Notes: generated by a model not told the origin, from the sequence alone. DNA of 64,000 nucleotides from Acidimicrobiia bacterium (GCA_041576165.1 JBFGLM010000008.1:32001-96000), one strand, 5' to 3'; counted from the stretch's first letter, positions 22,374 to 33,206 are shown. Program-made: numbers and translations.

Positions 22374-22895
22374 ATGAACGCCGCCGAGCTGTCCTCATTG
22401 GTTCGGGATATTCCCGACTTTCCCGAGCCGGGGATCATCTTCAAGGACATCACGCCCGTGTTGAGCGACCGGGAGGCGTTCACCGCGCTCATCGACCACT
22501 TGGCGGCTCCTTTCTACGGTGAAGTCGATGCGGTAGCGGGCATCGAGGCGCGTGGTTTCATGCTCGCCACCCCGGTGGCTCGAGCGCTCGACACCGGGTT
22601 CGTCCCGTTGCGGAAGCCGGGCAAACTGCCATATGACGTGCATCGCGAGGAGTACGCGCTCGAGTACGGCACCGACGCCCTCGAAATGCATACAGACGCC
22701 GTCCGTGACGGCGACCGAATACTCGTCGTTGATGACGTGATCGCGACGGGCGGCACCGCAGAAGCTGCGGTCAGTCTGCTCAACGCAGCCGGCGCGCACG
22801 CCGTCGGCGTAGCGGTATTCATCGAGCTCGCCTTCCTCAACGGCAAGGACCGGCTCGGCTCAACTCCGCTGCATGCGATCACCGTCTATGACTGA
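22374..22895 (+). CDS. apt: Adenine phosphoribosyltransferase
   Basis: IPDFPEPGIIFKDITP, EARGF, RKPGKLP, VVDDVIATGGT. Confidence 0.96.
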   Translation: MNAAELSSLVRDIPDFPEPGIIFKDITPVLSDREAFTALIDHLAAPFYGEVDAVAGIEARGFMLATPVARALDTGFVPLRKPGKLPYDVHREEYALEYGTDALEMHTDAVRDGDRILVVDDVIATGGTAEAAVSLLNAAGAHAVGVAVFIELAFLNGKDRLGSTPLHAITVYD

Positions 22896-25077
22896 ACCCT
22901 CTTCCTACGACGTCGCCGCCTCGGCCGAACTGGCCCCTGTGCTGGCGGCTCTGCGGCGCCATTACGCCAACCCGGATGAGAGCGTCGTCACGGCCGCATA
23001 CGAAGTAGCCCGCCGCAGCCATCAGGGTCAGTTCCGCAAGTCGGGGGAGCCGTTCATCACCCACCCGCTGGCCGTCGCCCAGATCCTGGCCGACTACGGC
23101 CTCGATGCCGACACGCTGGCTGCTGCCCTGCTCCACGACACGGTCGAGGACACCGATCTCACCTTGGAGGACGTGGAACGCCAATTCGGGCCGGATGTTG
23201 CGCGCATCACCGACGGCGTCACCAAGCTCGATCGGATCAAGTTCAACACTCGCGAGGAGGCCCAGGCGGCGACCATCCGCAAGATGGTCGTGGCGATGGC
23301 CCAGGACGTGCGGGTGTTGATCATCAAGCTGGCAGACCGTCTTCACAACATCCGCACCATCTCCTCCCTCCCCGAAGAAAAGCAACGCGAGAAGGCCACT
23401 GAGACGCTCGAGATCTATGCGCCGCTGGCTCACCGACTGGGCGTCCAAGAGATCAAGCACGAGATGGAGAATCGTTCGTTCGCGATCCTCCATCCCCGCC
23501 GGTTCCAGGAAATCAAGGATCTCATCCAGCAACGCGCCCCGGAACGGGAGGCCGTCATCGACAAGGTGATCGGGGAAGTCCAAGCGATCCTCGACAAGGC
23601 CGGCATCGAGGCGCAGATCACCGGCCGCCCGAAGCACCACTACTCGATCTATCGCAAGATGGTCGATACGGGCCAGTCCTTCGAGGACATCCATGACCTG
23701 ATCGGAGTGCGGGTCGTCGTAGGGAGCGAGCGTGACTCTTACGCCGTCCTCGGGATGATCCATGCCGTGTGGCCACCGGTGCATGGGCGGTTCAAGGATT
23801 ACATCGCGATGCCCAAGTTCAACCTGTACCAGAGCATCCACACCACGGTGGTCGGCCCCGACGGCAAACCGCTCGAAGTGCAGATTCGCACCACCGAAAT
23901 GCACCAGCGCGCCGAGTTCGGTATCGCCGCCCACTGGCGGTACAAGGAAGGGGCGGACACCGATTTGCCTTGGATGGCGGACCTACGTCGTCTCCAGGAG
24001 GACTATGACGATCCCACAGAATTCCTCGACGAGCTGAAGCTCGATCTCTATCAGGATGAGGTCTTCGTCCTGACCCCCGCAGGTGACGTGAAGGTCCTGC
24101 CGCGGGGCGCCACACCGGTCGACTTCGCTTACTCGATCCATACCGAGGTCGGACATCGATGTTCGGGAGCCCGTGTGAACGGCCGGCTCGTGCCCCTGGC
24201 TACGGGGCTGGAGTCTGGCGACATCGTCGAGATCATCACGACCCGATCGGTGGATGCCGGACCCACCCGCGACTGGCTGGGCTTCGTTCGCACCGCCAAA
24301 GCCCGTTCGAAGATCAAGCAATGGTTCACTCGGGAGCGGCGGGAGACCTCAACTGCTCAGGGGCGGGAGAAGGTCTACGCGCTGCTGCGCCGCGAGCAGC
24401 TTGGAGGAGATGCCGATGCTCGGGATTCCGCGCTGGTGGAGGTCGCAGAGGCACTGAACTACAAAGATCGTGATGCCATGTTCGCAGCCGTGGGGGATGG
24501 CGGGCTTTCTCCAACGACCGTCGTCTCTCGGGTTCGCCGGCTCCGGGAAGCGGACACGACCGAGGAGATGGAAGCGCTGGCGCCGGTTCGCCAGCGGGCC
24601 AGCCGGCCGCTGGGTGAAGGGATCATTGTCGAGGGTCTCGACGACGTCTGGGTGAGAGTGGCGCGTTGCTGCAACCCCGTGCCGGGCGATGACATCGTGG
24701 GCTTCGTGACCATCGGACGAGGGGTGTCGGTCCATCGAGCCGATTGCGGCAACGTGGTGGCGCTCGGCGAACGGGCCGAGCGCATGATCGAGGTGGCCTG
24801 GGCGCCACACCGCGTCGGGAGTTTCACTGTCTGGTTTCAGGTCGAGGCCCTGGACCGGCCCAACCTGCTGCGCGACGTGACCGGCGCCATCTCCGATGTC
24901 GGGGGCAATATCGTGGCGTCCTCGACGTCCACCGACGCCGACCGGGTGGCGATCCTTCGGTACGAGGTGGAGCTGTCAGATCCGTCGCAAGTGGACCGGG
25001 TGCTAGCCGACATGCGGAGCGTGGAGTCGGTCTACGACGCGTTCCGGTTGGTGCCGCGCGGCGACCGGGCGAACTAG
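22888..25077 (+). CDS. relA: Bifunctional (p)ppGpp synthetase/hydrolase
   Basis: LLHDTVED HD motif, YQSIHT, EVQIRT, TGS domain, ARCCNP and C-terminal ACT domain. Confidence 0.97.
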   Translation: MTEPSSYDVAASAELAPVLAALRRHYANPDESVVTAAYEVARRSHQGQFRKSGEPFITHPLAVAQILADYGLDADTLAAALLHDTVEDTDLTLEDVERQFGPDVARITDGVTKLDRIKFNTREEAQAATIRKMVVAMAQDVRVLIIKLADRLHNIRTISSLPEEKQREKATETLEIYAPLAHRLGVQEIKHEMENRSFAILHPRRFQEIKDLIQQRAPEREAVIDKVIGEVQAILDKAGIEAQITGRPKHHYSIYRKMVDTGQSFEDIHDLIGVRVVVGSERDSYAVLGMIHAVWPPVHGRFKDYIAMPKFNLYQSIHTTVVGPDGKPLEVQIRTTEMHQRAEFGIAAHWRYKEGADTDLPWMADLRRLQEDYDDPTEFLDELKLDLYQDEVFVLTPAGDVKVLPRGATPVDFAYSIHTEVGHRCSGARVNGRLVPLATGLESGDIVEIITTRSVDAGPTRDWLGFVRTAKARSKIKQWFTRERRETSTAQGREKVYALLRREQLGGDADARDSALVEVAEALNYKDRDAMFAAVGDGGLSPTTVVSRVRRLREADTTEEMEALAPVRQRASRPLGEGIIVEGLDDVWVRVARCCNPVPGDDIVGFVTIGRGVSVHRADCGNVVALGERAERMIEVAWAPHRVGSFTVWFQVEALDRPNLLRDVTGAISDVGGNIVASSTSTDADRVAILRYEVELSDPSQVDRVLADMRSVESVYDAFRLVPRGDRAN

Positions 25078-25196
25078 TCATCGCTGCTTTGGTCTTCGTC
25101 CGCTGATCCAGACCTGGGAGTCGTAGGGCCCTCCAGCGGTCCAGGGCAGCGCCGGCGTGCGGTGGACTAGTCACCACTTTGGGTGGTTGAATAGCG

Positions 25197-25224
25197 CTCA
25201 AAATACCACTGTTCGTGGTCGATA
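25197..25224 (+). promoter_or_regulatory. Putative FliA/WhiG (sigma-28)-type promoter of the minor pilin cluster
   Basis: CTCA-N17-GTCGATA, ending 8 nt before ATG 25233. Confidence 0.55.
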
Positions 25225-25232
25225 CGAGCAGT

Positions 25233-27206
25233 ATGAACATTCTGCGTTCCCGCGCCAGCGCCCGACTGGTAGCCGATGGGGGCTTCACGATCATGGAATC
25301 GGTCGTGGCGCTCGTGATCATCTTCGGGCTGATCCTGGTGATGGTCCGCACCTTCGACACCAGCACCGACGTCCTGGTGCAGTCCAACCGCCGCTCCGCC
25401 GCCAACGCGCTCGCCTCCGAGCTACTCGAGCGCTCCCGCTCGCTGGAGTGGGAACACATGGGCCTGACCGCCAACGCCAATGGGTCCGCCTGCCCCGACG
25501 ACGTGGCGTGTGCCTCCCATCCGCCGAGCGTCAGTTCCGAAGTCACGGTCAACGCGAACGGGAACTATGCGTTCGACGGTGAAGAGATCGTGTTTGCCAA
25601 CGGTGACACATTCGATCCCTTTCTCTCGTTCAACGACCAGGTCACTCGGGACGACGTCGTCTACGAGCGCTACCTCTTCGTGACGTCGGTGCGAGACGAT
25701 CCGCTGGATCCTGCGACCGAGCGCCTCCGCCGCATCACTGCGATCGTCCGGTGGCAAGCCCCCAACGGGTTCCCTGAGGAGATTCGCATGGCGACCTTGG
25801 TCGCCGAGTTCATTGAGCCGTCCCAGCCGTTCATGACTGGCGAGGTGGCCTTCGACGGCGGCACGGTGAATCTGCGGGGCAGCGAGAGCCGCTGTGCGTC
25901 GGATCCGCAGTGCGGGGCGTTTGTGGAGGGGACGTCCGATCTCGCCGCAGGTCTTCCGAGAGAGGATCTTCAGCTCGATCTGTACTTCCCCGACCTTCTG
26001 CTGTCCGCCACGACCGACTACGTGTCCCAGGGTTCGTATCGGGGGTCGAGCTCCACGGCCGACATCCGCTGGGCCGGGCCCGACGGTCTCGTCACCACTG
26101 CCGACGACATCTTCACGCAGATCTTGCCGGTGGAGGAGGAGACCTACGTGGATGACGATGCGTCGTCTCTGCCCGTGCTCAACGAGCCCCGCACGGTTGC
26201 GGTCGATCTGCTGCCCCTGTTCCAGTCATCGGCGGCCCCGCCATATGATGTAGTACTGGCCGATCTGGACAGGGTTGGGGATCTGAACCTCTCGGTGAAC
26301 CCGGATCTCGAGTACGCCACGGTGGACGGCGAGGCCTGGATCCGGCACGACATCGACCCCGGACCCGCTGTCGACGACGGACTGCCCTATACGGCATCCG
26401 AGCTAGGCAGTTCCGACACCACCAGGGTCGGGTTTCGGGAGTACGAGGACCCTGCAGCTCGGGCTGCGTACGAGATCTGGCTGGCCGCTCCGCTCGACGA
26501 CCCGGTCTACGAGTTCACGTTCGCCCGCATGGGCGACACCACCAACGTCGATGCACTCGCCTTCGACGGTCACGTCGACCGGTTGGACGACGCTTCGGAC
26601 AACCGGCAGGTGCACGCCGACTTCGACTGGTCCGGCGAGAAGCTGCACTTGTTCGACGACACGGTCATTCCGAAACAGCCGGGGTCGACCGACTTCGAAG
26701 GCTGGGTGCGGGTCACCCTCCCCGCGTTGAGCGCCACGACGCCGTTCCAGGCCGGCGAAAGCGCCGCGTTCCCGCCCGCGACAACGATCACCGGCGACCT
26801 GATTGTGGAGTTCTGGAACGCTCCGGACAAGCGCTACGACACAGCGTTTTCGGGTTTCGCCGGCATGGAGTGCGCAGCCAGTTCGACAACGGTCTCTTTC
26901 ACGTCTGTGATCGGCGGGCCTCAGTCGCTGTCGCTGTCTCTGCCGGACGAGCCGCGGGTGACCTACGAGGTCGATGCGGAAGTGACCATTCGCCCGTTCT
27001 GCCCGTCCCACACCCTCGACCCGAACGGCGACGTAGCCCAGGCCGACGTGTCATTCGCCCAGATGGTCACCGGCACCGTGTCGTACAAGGTGACCGATGA
27101 CCTCATGGCGCTGTTCCTGGGCGATGGGCTGCTGTACGACCTGGCGCTGGACTTCGACGCCGGCGGAGTGGACACCACAGTCATCTTCGTGAATCCGGAA
27201 GCGTGA
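25233..27206 (+). CDS. Large type IV pilin-like protein (PilV-like N-terminus plus about 500 aa acidic extracellular region; candidate adhesin)
   Basis: Class III signal G|FTIMESVVALVII with Glu5; RRITAIVRW strand typical of minor pilins; Asp/Glu-rich remainder with several Cys. Confidence 0.8.
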   Translation: MNILRSRASARLVADGGFTIMESVVALVIIFGLILVMVRTFDTSTDVLVQSNRRSAANALASELLERSRSLEWEHMGLTANANGSACPDDVACASHPPSVSSEVTVNANGNYAFDGEEIVFANGDTFDPFLSFNDQVTRDDVVYERYLFVTSVRDDPLDPATERLRRITAIVRWQAPNGFPEEIRMATLVAEFIEPSQPFMTGEVAFDGGTVNLRGSESRCASDPQCGAFVEGTSDLAAGLPREDLQLDLYFPDLLLSATTDYVSQGSYRGSSSTADIRWAGPDGLVTTADDIFTQILPVEEETYVDDDASSLPVLNEPRTVAVDLLPLFQSSAAPPYDVVLADLDRVGDLNLSVNPDLEYATVDGEAWIRHDIDPGPAVDDGLPYTASELGSSDTTRVGFREYEDPAARAAYEIWLAAPLDDPVYEFTFARMGDTTNVDALAFDGHVDRLDDASDNRQVHADFDWSGEKLHLFDDTVIPKQPGSTDFEGWVRVTLPALSATTPFQAGESAAFPPATTITGDLIVEFWNAPDKRYDTAFSGFAGMECAASSTTVSFTSVIGGPQSLSLSLPDEPRVTYEVDAEVTIRPFCPSHTLDPNGDVAQADVSFAQMVTGTVSYKVTDDLMALFLGDGLLYDLALDFDAGGVDTTVIFVNPEA

Positions 27207-27814
27207 TCATGCTGCACCGCATTCGACAGATCAAGGACGACGAGCGGGGTCTCACGCTCACCGAATTGATGGTCTCGGTGATGCTGCTGACCATTGTTTC
27301 AGTCATCCTCACCAGCACGTTGGTGTCCACGACGCTGGCGACTCGAGATGTCCAAAACGCCGCCGTGAGCAACGACAACGTCCGCCTGGTCATCCAAACC
27401 CTCGACCGGGAAGTCAGGTCGGCCGAACGTATCTGCTTGCCAACGCCTGGTACGTCGGGGAACACGCTCTCGTTCCGCACGAGAGCCTGGGTAGCCGCGC
27501 CGCCGCCGCTGGGTTATCGCGACATCATCTACCAGCTCAACCCCGATGCAGGCGGGGACCTGACGGTTCTACAGAAATCCGAGGACAACGGCGTCACTTG
27601 GCGCACGGTGATCGAAAACGTCGAGAACGTGAGCATCGGAGACGACCTGTTCGAGAACCAGGGCGATGTGACGACGGCCTTGCCCAGCCAGGGCAAGGTG
27701 ATCACGGTCCGCGCGTGGGTGGATTCCAACCCCAATGACCGGGTCGGGGCCGAGCTTGCAACGACCGAGATCTCGGGTCGAAACATTTGGACGCCAAGCG
27801 CGCAGGGCTGCTGA
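27203..27814 (+). CDS. Minor type IV pilin (PilW/PulJ-like)
   Basis: DERG|LTLTELMVSVML prepilin motif; LDREVRSA helix. Confidence 0.82.
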   Translation: MIMLHRIRQIKDDERGLTLTELMVSVMLLTIVSVILTSTLVSTTLATRDVQNAAVSNDNVRLVIQTLDREVRSAERICLPTPGTSGNTLSFRTRAWVAAPPPLGYRDIIYQLNPDAGGDLTVLQKSEDNGVTWRTVIENVENVSIGDDLFENQGDVTTALPSQGKVITVRAWVDSNPNDRVGAELATTEISGRNIWTPSAQGC

Positions 27815-27898
27815 GGTGACTAGGACGCCCGCGCCTCAGTCAGATGACACTCCGGAAATCCGGTTCGATCTGCCGACCTCATTAGTGGAGGTTCAGAA

Positions 27899-29428
27899 AT
27901 GAAATCACTGATCTCGCTGCTCAGAGGCGACCGAGGCGTAGGCATGGTGACTGCCCTTTCCGTGTCCTTCGTCGTGACCTCGCTGGCCGTCACTTGGTAC
28001 GCGATAGGGGTCCACGAACTGGACGAGGTCGCCTTCGATGCCAACCGGACGGGCGCGATCAACATGGCGGAAGCCGGCGCCCGTGAGGCGATGTACCTGC
28101 TGGCCAACGACCAGACCTTCCGGGACGACGCTCTACTTGCGGACGGGGCCAACACGGGCATCACTGCCGGAGTGTGCCAGCTGACGCCGGTTGATAGCCG
28201 GGTCAACGGCACCCCCCGTCAAATCGGTGAGTACTGGTACCGGGCCACCAAAGTGGACCCGGCCGACCCCGTCGACTTGCGCTATCTGATCGAGTCGTGG
28301 GGTTGGGCGCCCGCTCACGATCGCCGTCAGTCCAGTGCCAAGAAGATCGAGTTCGAGATCGAGTTGCAGCCCTATGGGGGAGGCTTCTACCACGCCCTCT
28401 TTGCCTCCGGGGGCGGCCTGACGGCCGGCAACCGCAAAGAGATCTATGGCGACGCCTACTCCGGACAAAACGTATCGATCAACAACATCAGCCGGATCTA
28501 TGCGAACGACGGCGGCTACCCGGGTGACGGCAACCTGGACATATACGGCGATCTCGAGATCGGTGGCGGGTCCAACGTCGACATCGAGGGCTACGTCAAG
28601 GTCAACGGTTACATCCAGGATGACAAAGTTGGCACGGTTTACCGCAAAGATGCCATCGTCCTGCACGACAACCTGGTCTCACCGTACGTGAACACCTGGT
28701 TCCGCAATGCGACCGTGAATCAGACCCTTTTCGCCGCTGCTCCCGCGAGCGACGTGACCGGCACGGTGGCGGCCGGCACCGAAGTCTACGACGCGACCGG
28801 AATCGCGCCGGTTCCCGACGTCGGGCTTCCGAGCTTCACGTGGGATGCCACCGAATACTCCCCTGCCGGCACCGTCTGGGCCACGTGGGCCGATTTCGAT
28901 GCGTGGTACGACGCCAACGACAACGACCTCAAGGGAGCGCATTACGTACAAGACACGGGCTCCTACGTTCTCGACCTCGGCGGTTCTTACCTCACAGGAC
29001 ATTTCGTGCTGGCCTTCGACGGCAACGTCACGGTGAAGCGGACTCCGTCAGGTTCGTCACAGCCGGGGGGCGGGCCGGCCCAGATCGTCCTCGCCGGTCT
29101 GCAGACGACCAGCGACGTGGTCCTAGCCCAATCCTCAGACTCAATCGAGGGCGTCGTCCATCATCTGATCGTCACCCGGGGCAATTTCGGGGCTGCAAAT
29201 CAGTCGACCATATATGGCGCGATCTACGGCTACGGCGACATCTCTTCCAACCGGCTGGAAGTCCACTTCCGCCCACCCGTCGAAGAAACAGTCGTCGGCT
29301 TCGAATTCGATCCCAGCCTGGCCGACCAGTTCCGGCCCGAGCCCGGTGTGTGGCGGGAGACGGCGCCGTCGGTCGACTCGGTGGGCCTGAAGAAGCCGAC
29401 CACCGGGTATTGGTGCAACCTGCCGTAG
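27899..29428 (+). CDS. PilX-like minor pilin with a large C-terminal beta-rich domain
   Basis: GDRG|VGMVTAL prepilin without Glu5 (PilX/GspK type), AINMAEAG, YLIESWG; GGAGG RBS. Confidence 0.75.
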   Translation: MKSLISLLRGDRGVGMVTALSVSFVVTSLAVTWYAIGVHELDEVAFDANRTGAINMAEAGAREAMYLLANDQTFRDDALLADGANTGITAGVCQLTPVDSRVNGTPRQIGEYWYRATKVDPADPVDLRYLIESWGWAPAHDRRQSSAKKIEFEIELQPYGGGFYHALFASGGGLTAGNRKEIYGDAYSGQNVSINNISRIYANDGGYPGDGNLDIYGDLEIGGGSNVDIEGYVKVNGYIQDDKVGTVYRKDAIVLHDNLVSPYVNTWFRNATVNQTLFAAAPASDVTGTVAAGTEVYDATGIAPVPDVGLPSFTWDATEYSPAGTVWATWADFDAWYDANDNDLKGAHYVQDTGSYVLDLGGSYLTGHFVLAFDGNVTVKRTPSGSSQPGGGPAQIVLAGLQTTSDVVLAQSSDSIEGVVHHLIVTRGNFGAANQSTIYGAIYGYGDISSNRLEVHFRPPVEETVVGFEFDPSLADQFRPEPGVWRETAPSVDSVGLKKPTTGYWCNLP

Positions 29429-29539
29429 GCAACCCATCGGGGGAGAACCTCAGGGGTCGCTCCAGCGCCACCGAGGCCGCAGCCGGGTAGGCCGTAACTC
29501 GACCAGACCACCACCGGTGGCTGACTACCCTGGTGGGCC

Positions 29540-30184
29540 GTGCTGATCGATGGAACCTCCTTGTGGGTCGCACAAACCAACACGTACGTGATCGCGCCCG
29601 AGCCCGGAGGTGCGGCCGTGGTAGTCGACGCGCCGCCCGACCCGGCCGGGATCGCCCGGCTACTGGCCCGCCACGACCTCACGCCGGTCGCGCTCCTCGT
29701 CACGCACGGCCACATCGATCACGTCGGCGGCGCAGGCTCTTTGGTGCGCTCGACCGGAGTGACGGCATATGTCCACCCCGACGACGACTACCTGACCATG
29801 GATCCCGAGGGCCAGCTTCGCGGTTTGTTCGGGATGGCCATCGAAGGTGACTTCTCGCCGCCGGAGCGATTCGAGGCATTGGAAGACGGACAGAAGCTCG
29901 ACCTGGGCGGGGTCAGCTTCGAGGTAGTGCTCACGCCCGGCCACACGCCAGGGCACTGCTGCTTCCTGTTGCGTGACGAGGGGATACTGTTGTCCGGCGA
30001 CCAGCTGTTTGCCGGCTCGATCGGCCGAACCGACCTGCCGGGCGGCGACTTCGACACCCTGATCCAGAGCATGAAGGACAAGATCCTGACTCTCGACGAC
30101 GACATCGACGTCCTGCCGGGCCATGGCCCCCGCACAACCATCGGTCTGGAGCGGCGGACCAACCCCTTCCTGGTCGGACTCTGA
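29540..30184 (+). CDS. MBL-fold metallo-hydrolase (glyoxalase II-like)
   Basis: THGHIDHVGG, TPGHTPG, GSIGRTDLPGG, PGHG; usual position before hisS. Confidence 0.93.
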   Translation: MLIDGTSLWVAQTNTYVIAPEPGGAAVVVDAPPDPAGIARLLARHDLTPVALLVTHGHIDHVGGAGSLVRSTGVTAYVHPDDDYLTMDPEGQLRGLFGMAIEGDFSPPERFEALEDGQKLDLGGVSFEVVLTPGHTPGHCCFLLRDEGILLSGDQLFAGSIGRTDLPGGDFDTLIQSMKDKILTLDDDIDVLPGHGPRTTIGLERRTNPFLVGL

Positions 30185-31413
30185 TGGCGCTGCGGGCACC
30201 CAAAGGGACCGATGACGTCCTCCCGCCGGTTTCGCGCCGGTGGCGATGGCTGCTTCGTTTGTGGGATGAGCTGACCGAGCGATATGGCTACGAGCTGGTG
30301 ATGACGCCTGTGTTCGAGCTGACCGAAGTATTCGCTCGCGGAGTGGGCGAGGCAACCGAGGTCGTCGAAAAACAGATGTATACGTTCGAGGACAAAGCCG
30401 GGCGGTCGCTCACCCTGCGGCCCGAGAACACGGCTGGGGTCGTGCGGGCGTACATCCAGGATGGCCGCAGCGGCGTGTTCAAAGGCGCCTACTCCGGAGC
30501 CATGTTCCGTTATGAGCAGCCGCAGCAGGGGAGGCGGCGACAGTTCTGGCAACTGGGAGTCGAATACATCGGAGAAGAAGCTGTAGAAGCCGATCTGGAG
30601 GTCATCGAAGTTGGATACCGATACCTCCACGCGGCTGGCCTGCGAGACGTGGAGGTGCTGGTCAACTCGATCGGCGATCCGGCCGATCGGGCGGCCTACA
30701 TCGACATCCTGCGGGTCTACCTCGAGTCGAAGCGGGCGCAACTGTCCGTCGATGCCCAACGCCGCATCGCCACGAACCCGCTGCGGGTTCTGGACAGCAA
30801 GCCCGACGTTGAGGTGTTGGCGGACGCGCCGACCCCGGTCGAACACCTGAGCGCGGAGACTAAGCAGCACTTCGAGCTGCTCCTGGCCGGGCTGGACGAG
30901 CGCCGGATCCCCTACGTGATCGAACCCGGGTTGGTGCGGGGACTCGACTATTACAACCGGACGGTGTTCGAATATGTCCCCCGTTCGTACGAGGCCGCCC
31001 AGAGCGCAGTCGGGGGCGGAGGTCGCTACGACGGTCTCGCCGAGCTGCTGGGAGGTCCCCACGTTCCCTCCACCGGCCTGGCACTGGGCCTGGATCGCAT
31101 ACTGGCTGCGCTCGGGGAGCAGCCAGCCTTGCCGGCACTCGATGCATTCGTGGTGGTCGCCGCTCCCGAGCGACGTCCGGCCGCACAACAGCTGATCCAC
31201 CAACTGCGAGAGCGGGGATTGCGAGTGGATTCGGTTGCGTCGGACCGCTCCGTCAAAGCCCAATTCCGCGCAGCCGACCGCCGCGATGCGTCCGCGGTGG
31301 TGTTGGTGGGTGACGAATGGGATCAGGGTCTGGTGAAGCTCAAGATGCTCCAGACCGGAGAAGAAGAGCAGGTACCCGTGGCGGACGTCCCCGCCCGCTT
31401 GGAGAAGATATGA
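30184..31413 (+). CDS. hisS: Histidine--tRNA ligase
   Basis: APKGT.D, LRPENTA, FRYEQPQQGR.RQF.Q, LVRGLDYY, GGGRYDGL. Confidence 0.97.
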   Translation: MALRAPKGTDDVLPPVSRRWRWLLRLWDELTERYGYELVMTPVFELTEVFARGVGEATEVVEKQMYTFEDKAGRSLTLRPENTAGVVRAYIQDGRSGVFKGAYSGAMFRYEQPQQGRRRQFWQLGVEYIGEEAVEADLEVIEVGYRYLHAAGLRDVEVLVNSIGDPADRAAYIDILRVYLESKRAQLSVDAQRRIATNPLRVLDSKPDVEVLADAPTPVEHLSAETKQHFELLLAGLDERRIPYVIEPGLVRGLDYYNRTVFEYVPRSYEAAQSAVGGGGRYDGLAELLGGPHVPSTGLALGLDRILAALGEQPALPALDAFVVVAAPERRPAAQQLIHQLRERGLRVDSVASDRSVKAQFRAADRRDASAVVLVGDEWDQGLVKLKMLQTGEEEQVPVADVPARLEKI

Positions 31414-33206
31414 CAGCGTTTCGCACCGCCTACGCCGGACGCCTCGGAGATGAACACATTGGCGACACGGTCAGGGTGGCCGGGTGGGTGGTTCGCCCAC
31501 GCGATCACGGTGGCATCGTGTTCTTCGAGTTGCGGGATGCGTCGGGCCTGGTACAGGTCGTGGCGGACCCTGCACAGATTGCCGCAGCGGATCAGTTGCG
31601 GATGGAGTGGTGTGTATCCGTCGAGGGAACCCTCCAGGCCCGCCCCGAGGGGATGCAAAACCCGGACCTGCCCACGGGGACCATTGAGGTTCATGCCAGT
31701 TCATTGTCGGTCCTGAGCCCGGCCGAGGTGCTGCCGTTCATGGTGGAGGACAGGACCGAGGCCGACGAACGCGTGCGGCTGCAGTACCGATACCTGGATC
31801 TACGGCGGCCGCGGATGACCGCCAACGTGCGGGCCCGGTCAGCGGGGATTGCCGCCATCCGGCGCACCCTGGACGAGCTTGGGTTTCTCGACATCGAGAC
31901 CCCGACGCTGATCAACTCAACGCCAGAGGGCGCTCGCGATTTTCTGGTGCCCAGCCGGCTCCGGCCCGGGCATTTCTACGCGCTGCCCCAGTCGCCCCAG
32001 CTGTTCAAGCAGCTGCTGATGATCGGTGGGGTCGACCGGTACTACCAGATTGCCCGCTGTTACCGGGACGAGGATTTCCGCTCTGATCGCCAGATCGAAT
32101 TCACCCAGCTGGACCTCGAGGGTGCGTTCTGGGAACAGGACGACGTCTTGGGGACCATCGAACAGGTGGCGGCCGCCGTCGTACAGCGGCTGCGGGGCAC
32201 TGAGTTGGCCCTACCGCTGCCGCGCCTCACCTACGACGAGGCCATGGAGCGGTTCGGCACCGACAAGCCGGATCTACGGTTCGCGATGGAGATCGCCGAC
32301 CTGACCGATGTGTTCGCCGACACCGAGTTCCGGGGCTTTGCCGCGGTTCTGGGGCGGGGCGGCGTCGTCCGTGGCATCAACCTGGGGCCCCGGGACATGT
32401 CCCGGGGCCAGCTCGACGCGCTGGTGCCGCGGGCCCAGGAGCTGGGGGCGTCCGGTCTTGTGTGGATTGCGGTCCAGGACGACGGGACGTTCCGGAGCCC
32501 GGTCGCCAAGTTCTTCAGCGACGCCGAGATCACCGGAATCACCAAGTCTCTCGACGCGAATCCCGGTGACGTGGTGTGCCTGGTTGCAGATGAGCCGGCG
32601 GTGGCAGGACCGGTACTCGGCCAGCTGCGCCTCGACTACGGGCGTCCCGATGGGCACGAGCAGCTGGCATTTCTATGGGTAACTGACTTCCCGATGTTCG
32701 AGCAGACCGCGGATGGAACACTCGTTCCCGCCCACCATCCCTTCACCTCGCCCACCGACATCGATGAACTGCGCACCGACCCGGCCAGGGCGCTATCCAA
32801 GGCATACGACCTGGTCCTCAACGGATCGGAGCTGGGTTCGGGCAGTGTCAGGATCCACGACCCGGCCATTCAGGCCGAGGTCTTCGAGATTCTGGGCATC
32901 TCCGCCGAGGAGGCAGGCCGCCGCTTTGGCTGGTTCCTCGAAGCGTTGCGGTATGGGACCCCTCCTCACGCCGGATTCGCGGTCGGCCTCGACCGGATGT
33001 TCGCCATACTTCAGAACGAGGACTCGATCCGGGAGGTCATTCCGTTTCCCAAGACCCAGACCGGCGCCGATCCGCTCACAACCGCTCCGACTCTGGTCGA
33101 CCGGGCACAACTGCAAGAGCTCGGCATCGATCTGACCCCTGAGGTCAAAGCGGAGCTGGCGGCGGGTGACGAGGCTCGGGCCGGCGCCGCTGAGGAGGCC
33201 ACCTGA
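31410..33206 (+). CDS. aspS: Aspartate--tRNA ligase
   Basis: RDHGG, YRYLDLR, TPEGARDF, ALPQSPQLFKQ, HHPFT, PPHAG, VIPFPKT. Confidence 0.97.
   Translation: MTAFRTAYAGRLGDEHIGDTVRVAGWVVRPRDHGGIVFFELRDASGLVQVVADPAQIAAADQLRMEWCVSVEGTLQARPEGMQNPDLPTGTIEVHASSLSVLSPAEVLPFMVEDRTEADERVRLQYRYLDLRRPRMTANVRARSAGIAAIRRTLDELGFLDIETPTLINSTPEGARDFLVPSRLRPGHFYALPQSPQLFKQLLMIGGVDRYYQIARCYRDEDFRSDRQIEFTQLDLEGAFWEQDDVLGTIEQVAAAVVQRLRGTELALPLPRLTYDEAMERFGTDKPDLRFAMEIADLTDVFADTEFRGFAAVLGRGGVVRGINLGPRDMSRGQLDALVPRAQELGASGLVWIAVQDDGTFRSPVAKFFSDAEITGITKSLDANPGDVVCLVADEPAVAGPVLGQLRLDYGRPDGHEQLAFLWVTDFPMFEQTADGTLVPAHHPFTSPTDIDELRTDPARALSKAYDLVLNGSELGSGSVRIHDPAIQAEVFEILGISAEEAGRRFGWFLEALRYGTPPHAGFAVGLDRMFAILQNEDSIREVIPFPKTQTGADPLTTAPTLVDRAQLQELGIDLTPEVKAELAAGDEARAGAAEEAT

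Noticed and set aside
29788-31263. Long antisense ORFs (491 aa here; also 56968-58341, 60456-61589, 22879-23934)
   Set aside because: They lie opposite well-supported housekeeping genes, as expected from high-GC codon bias, and show no recognisable motifs.
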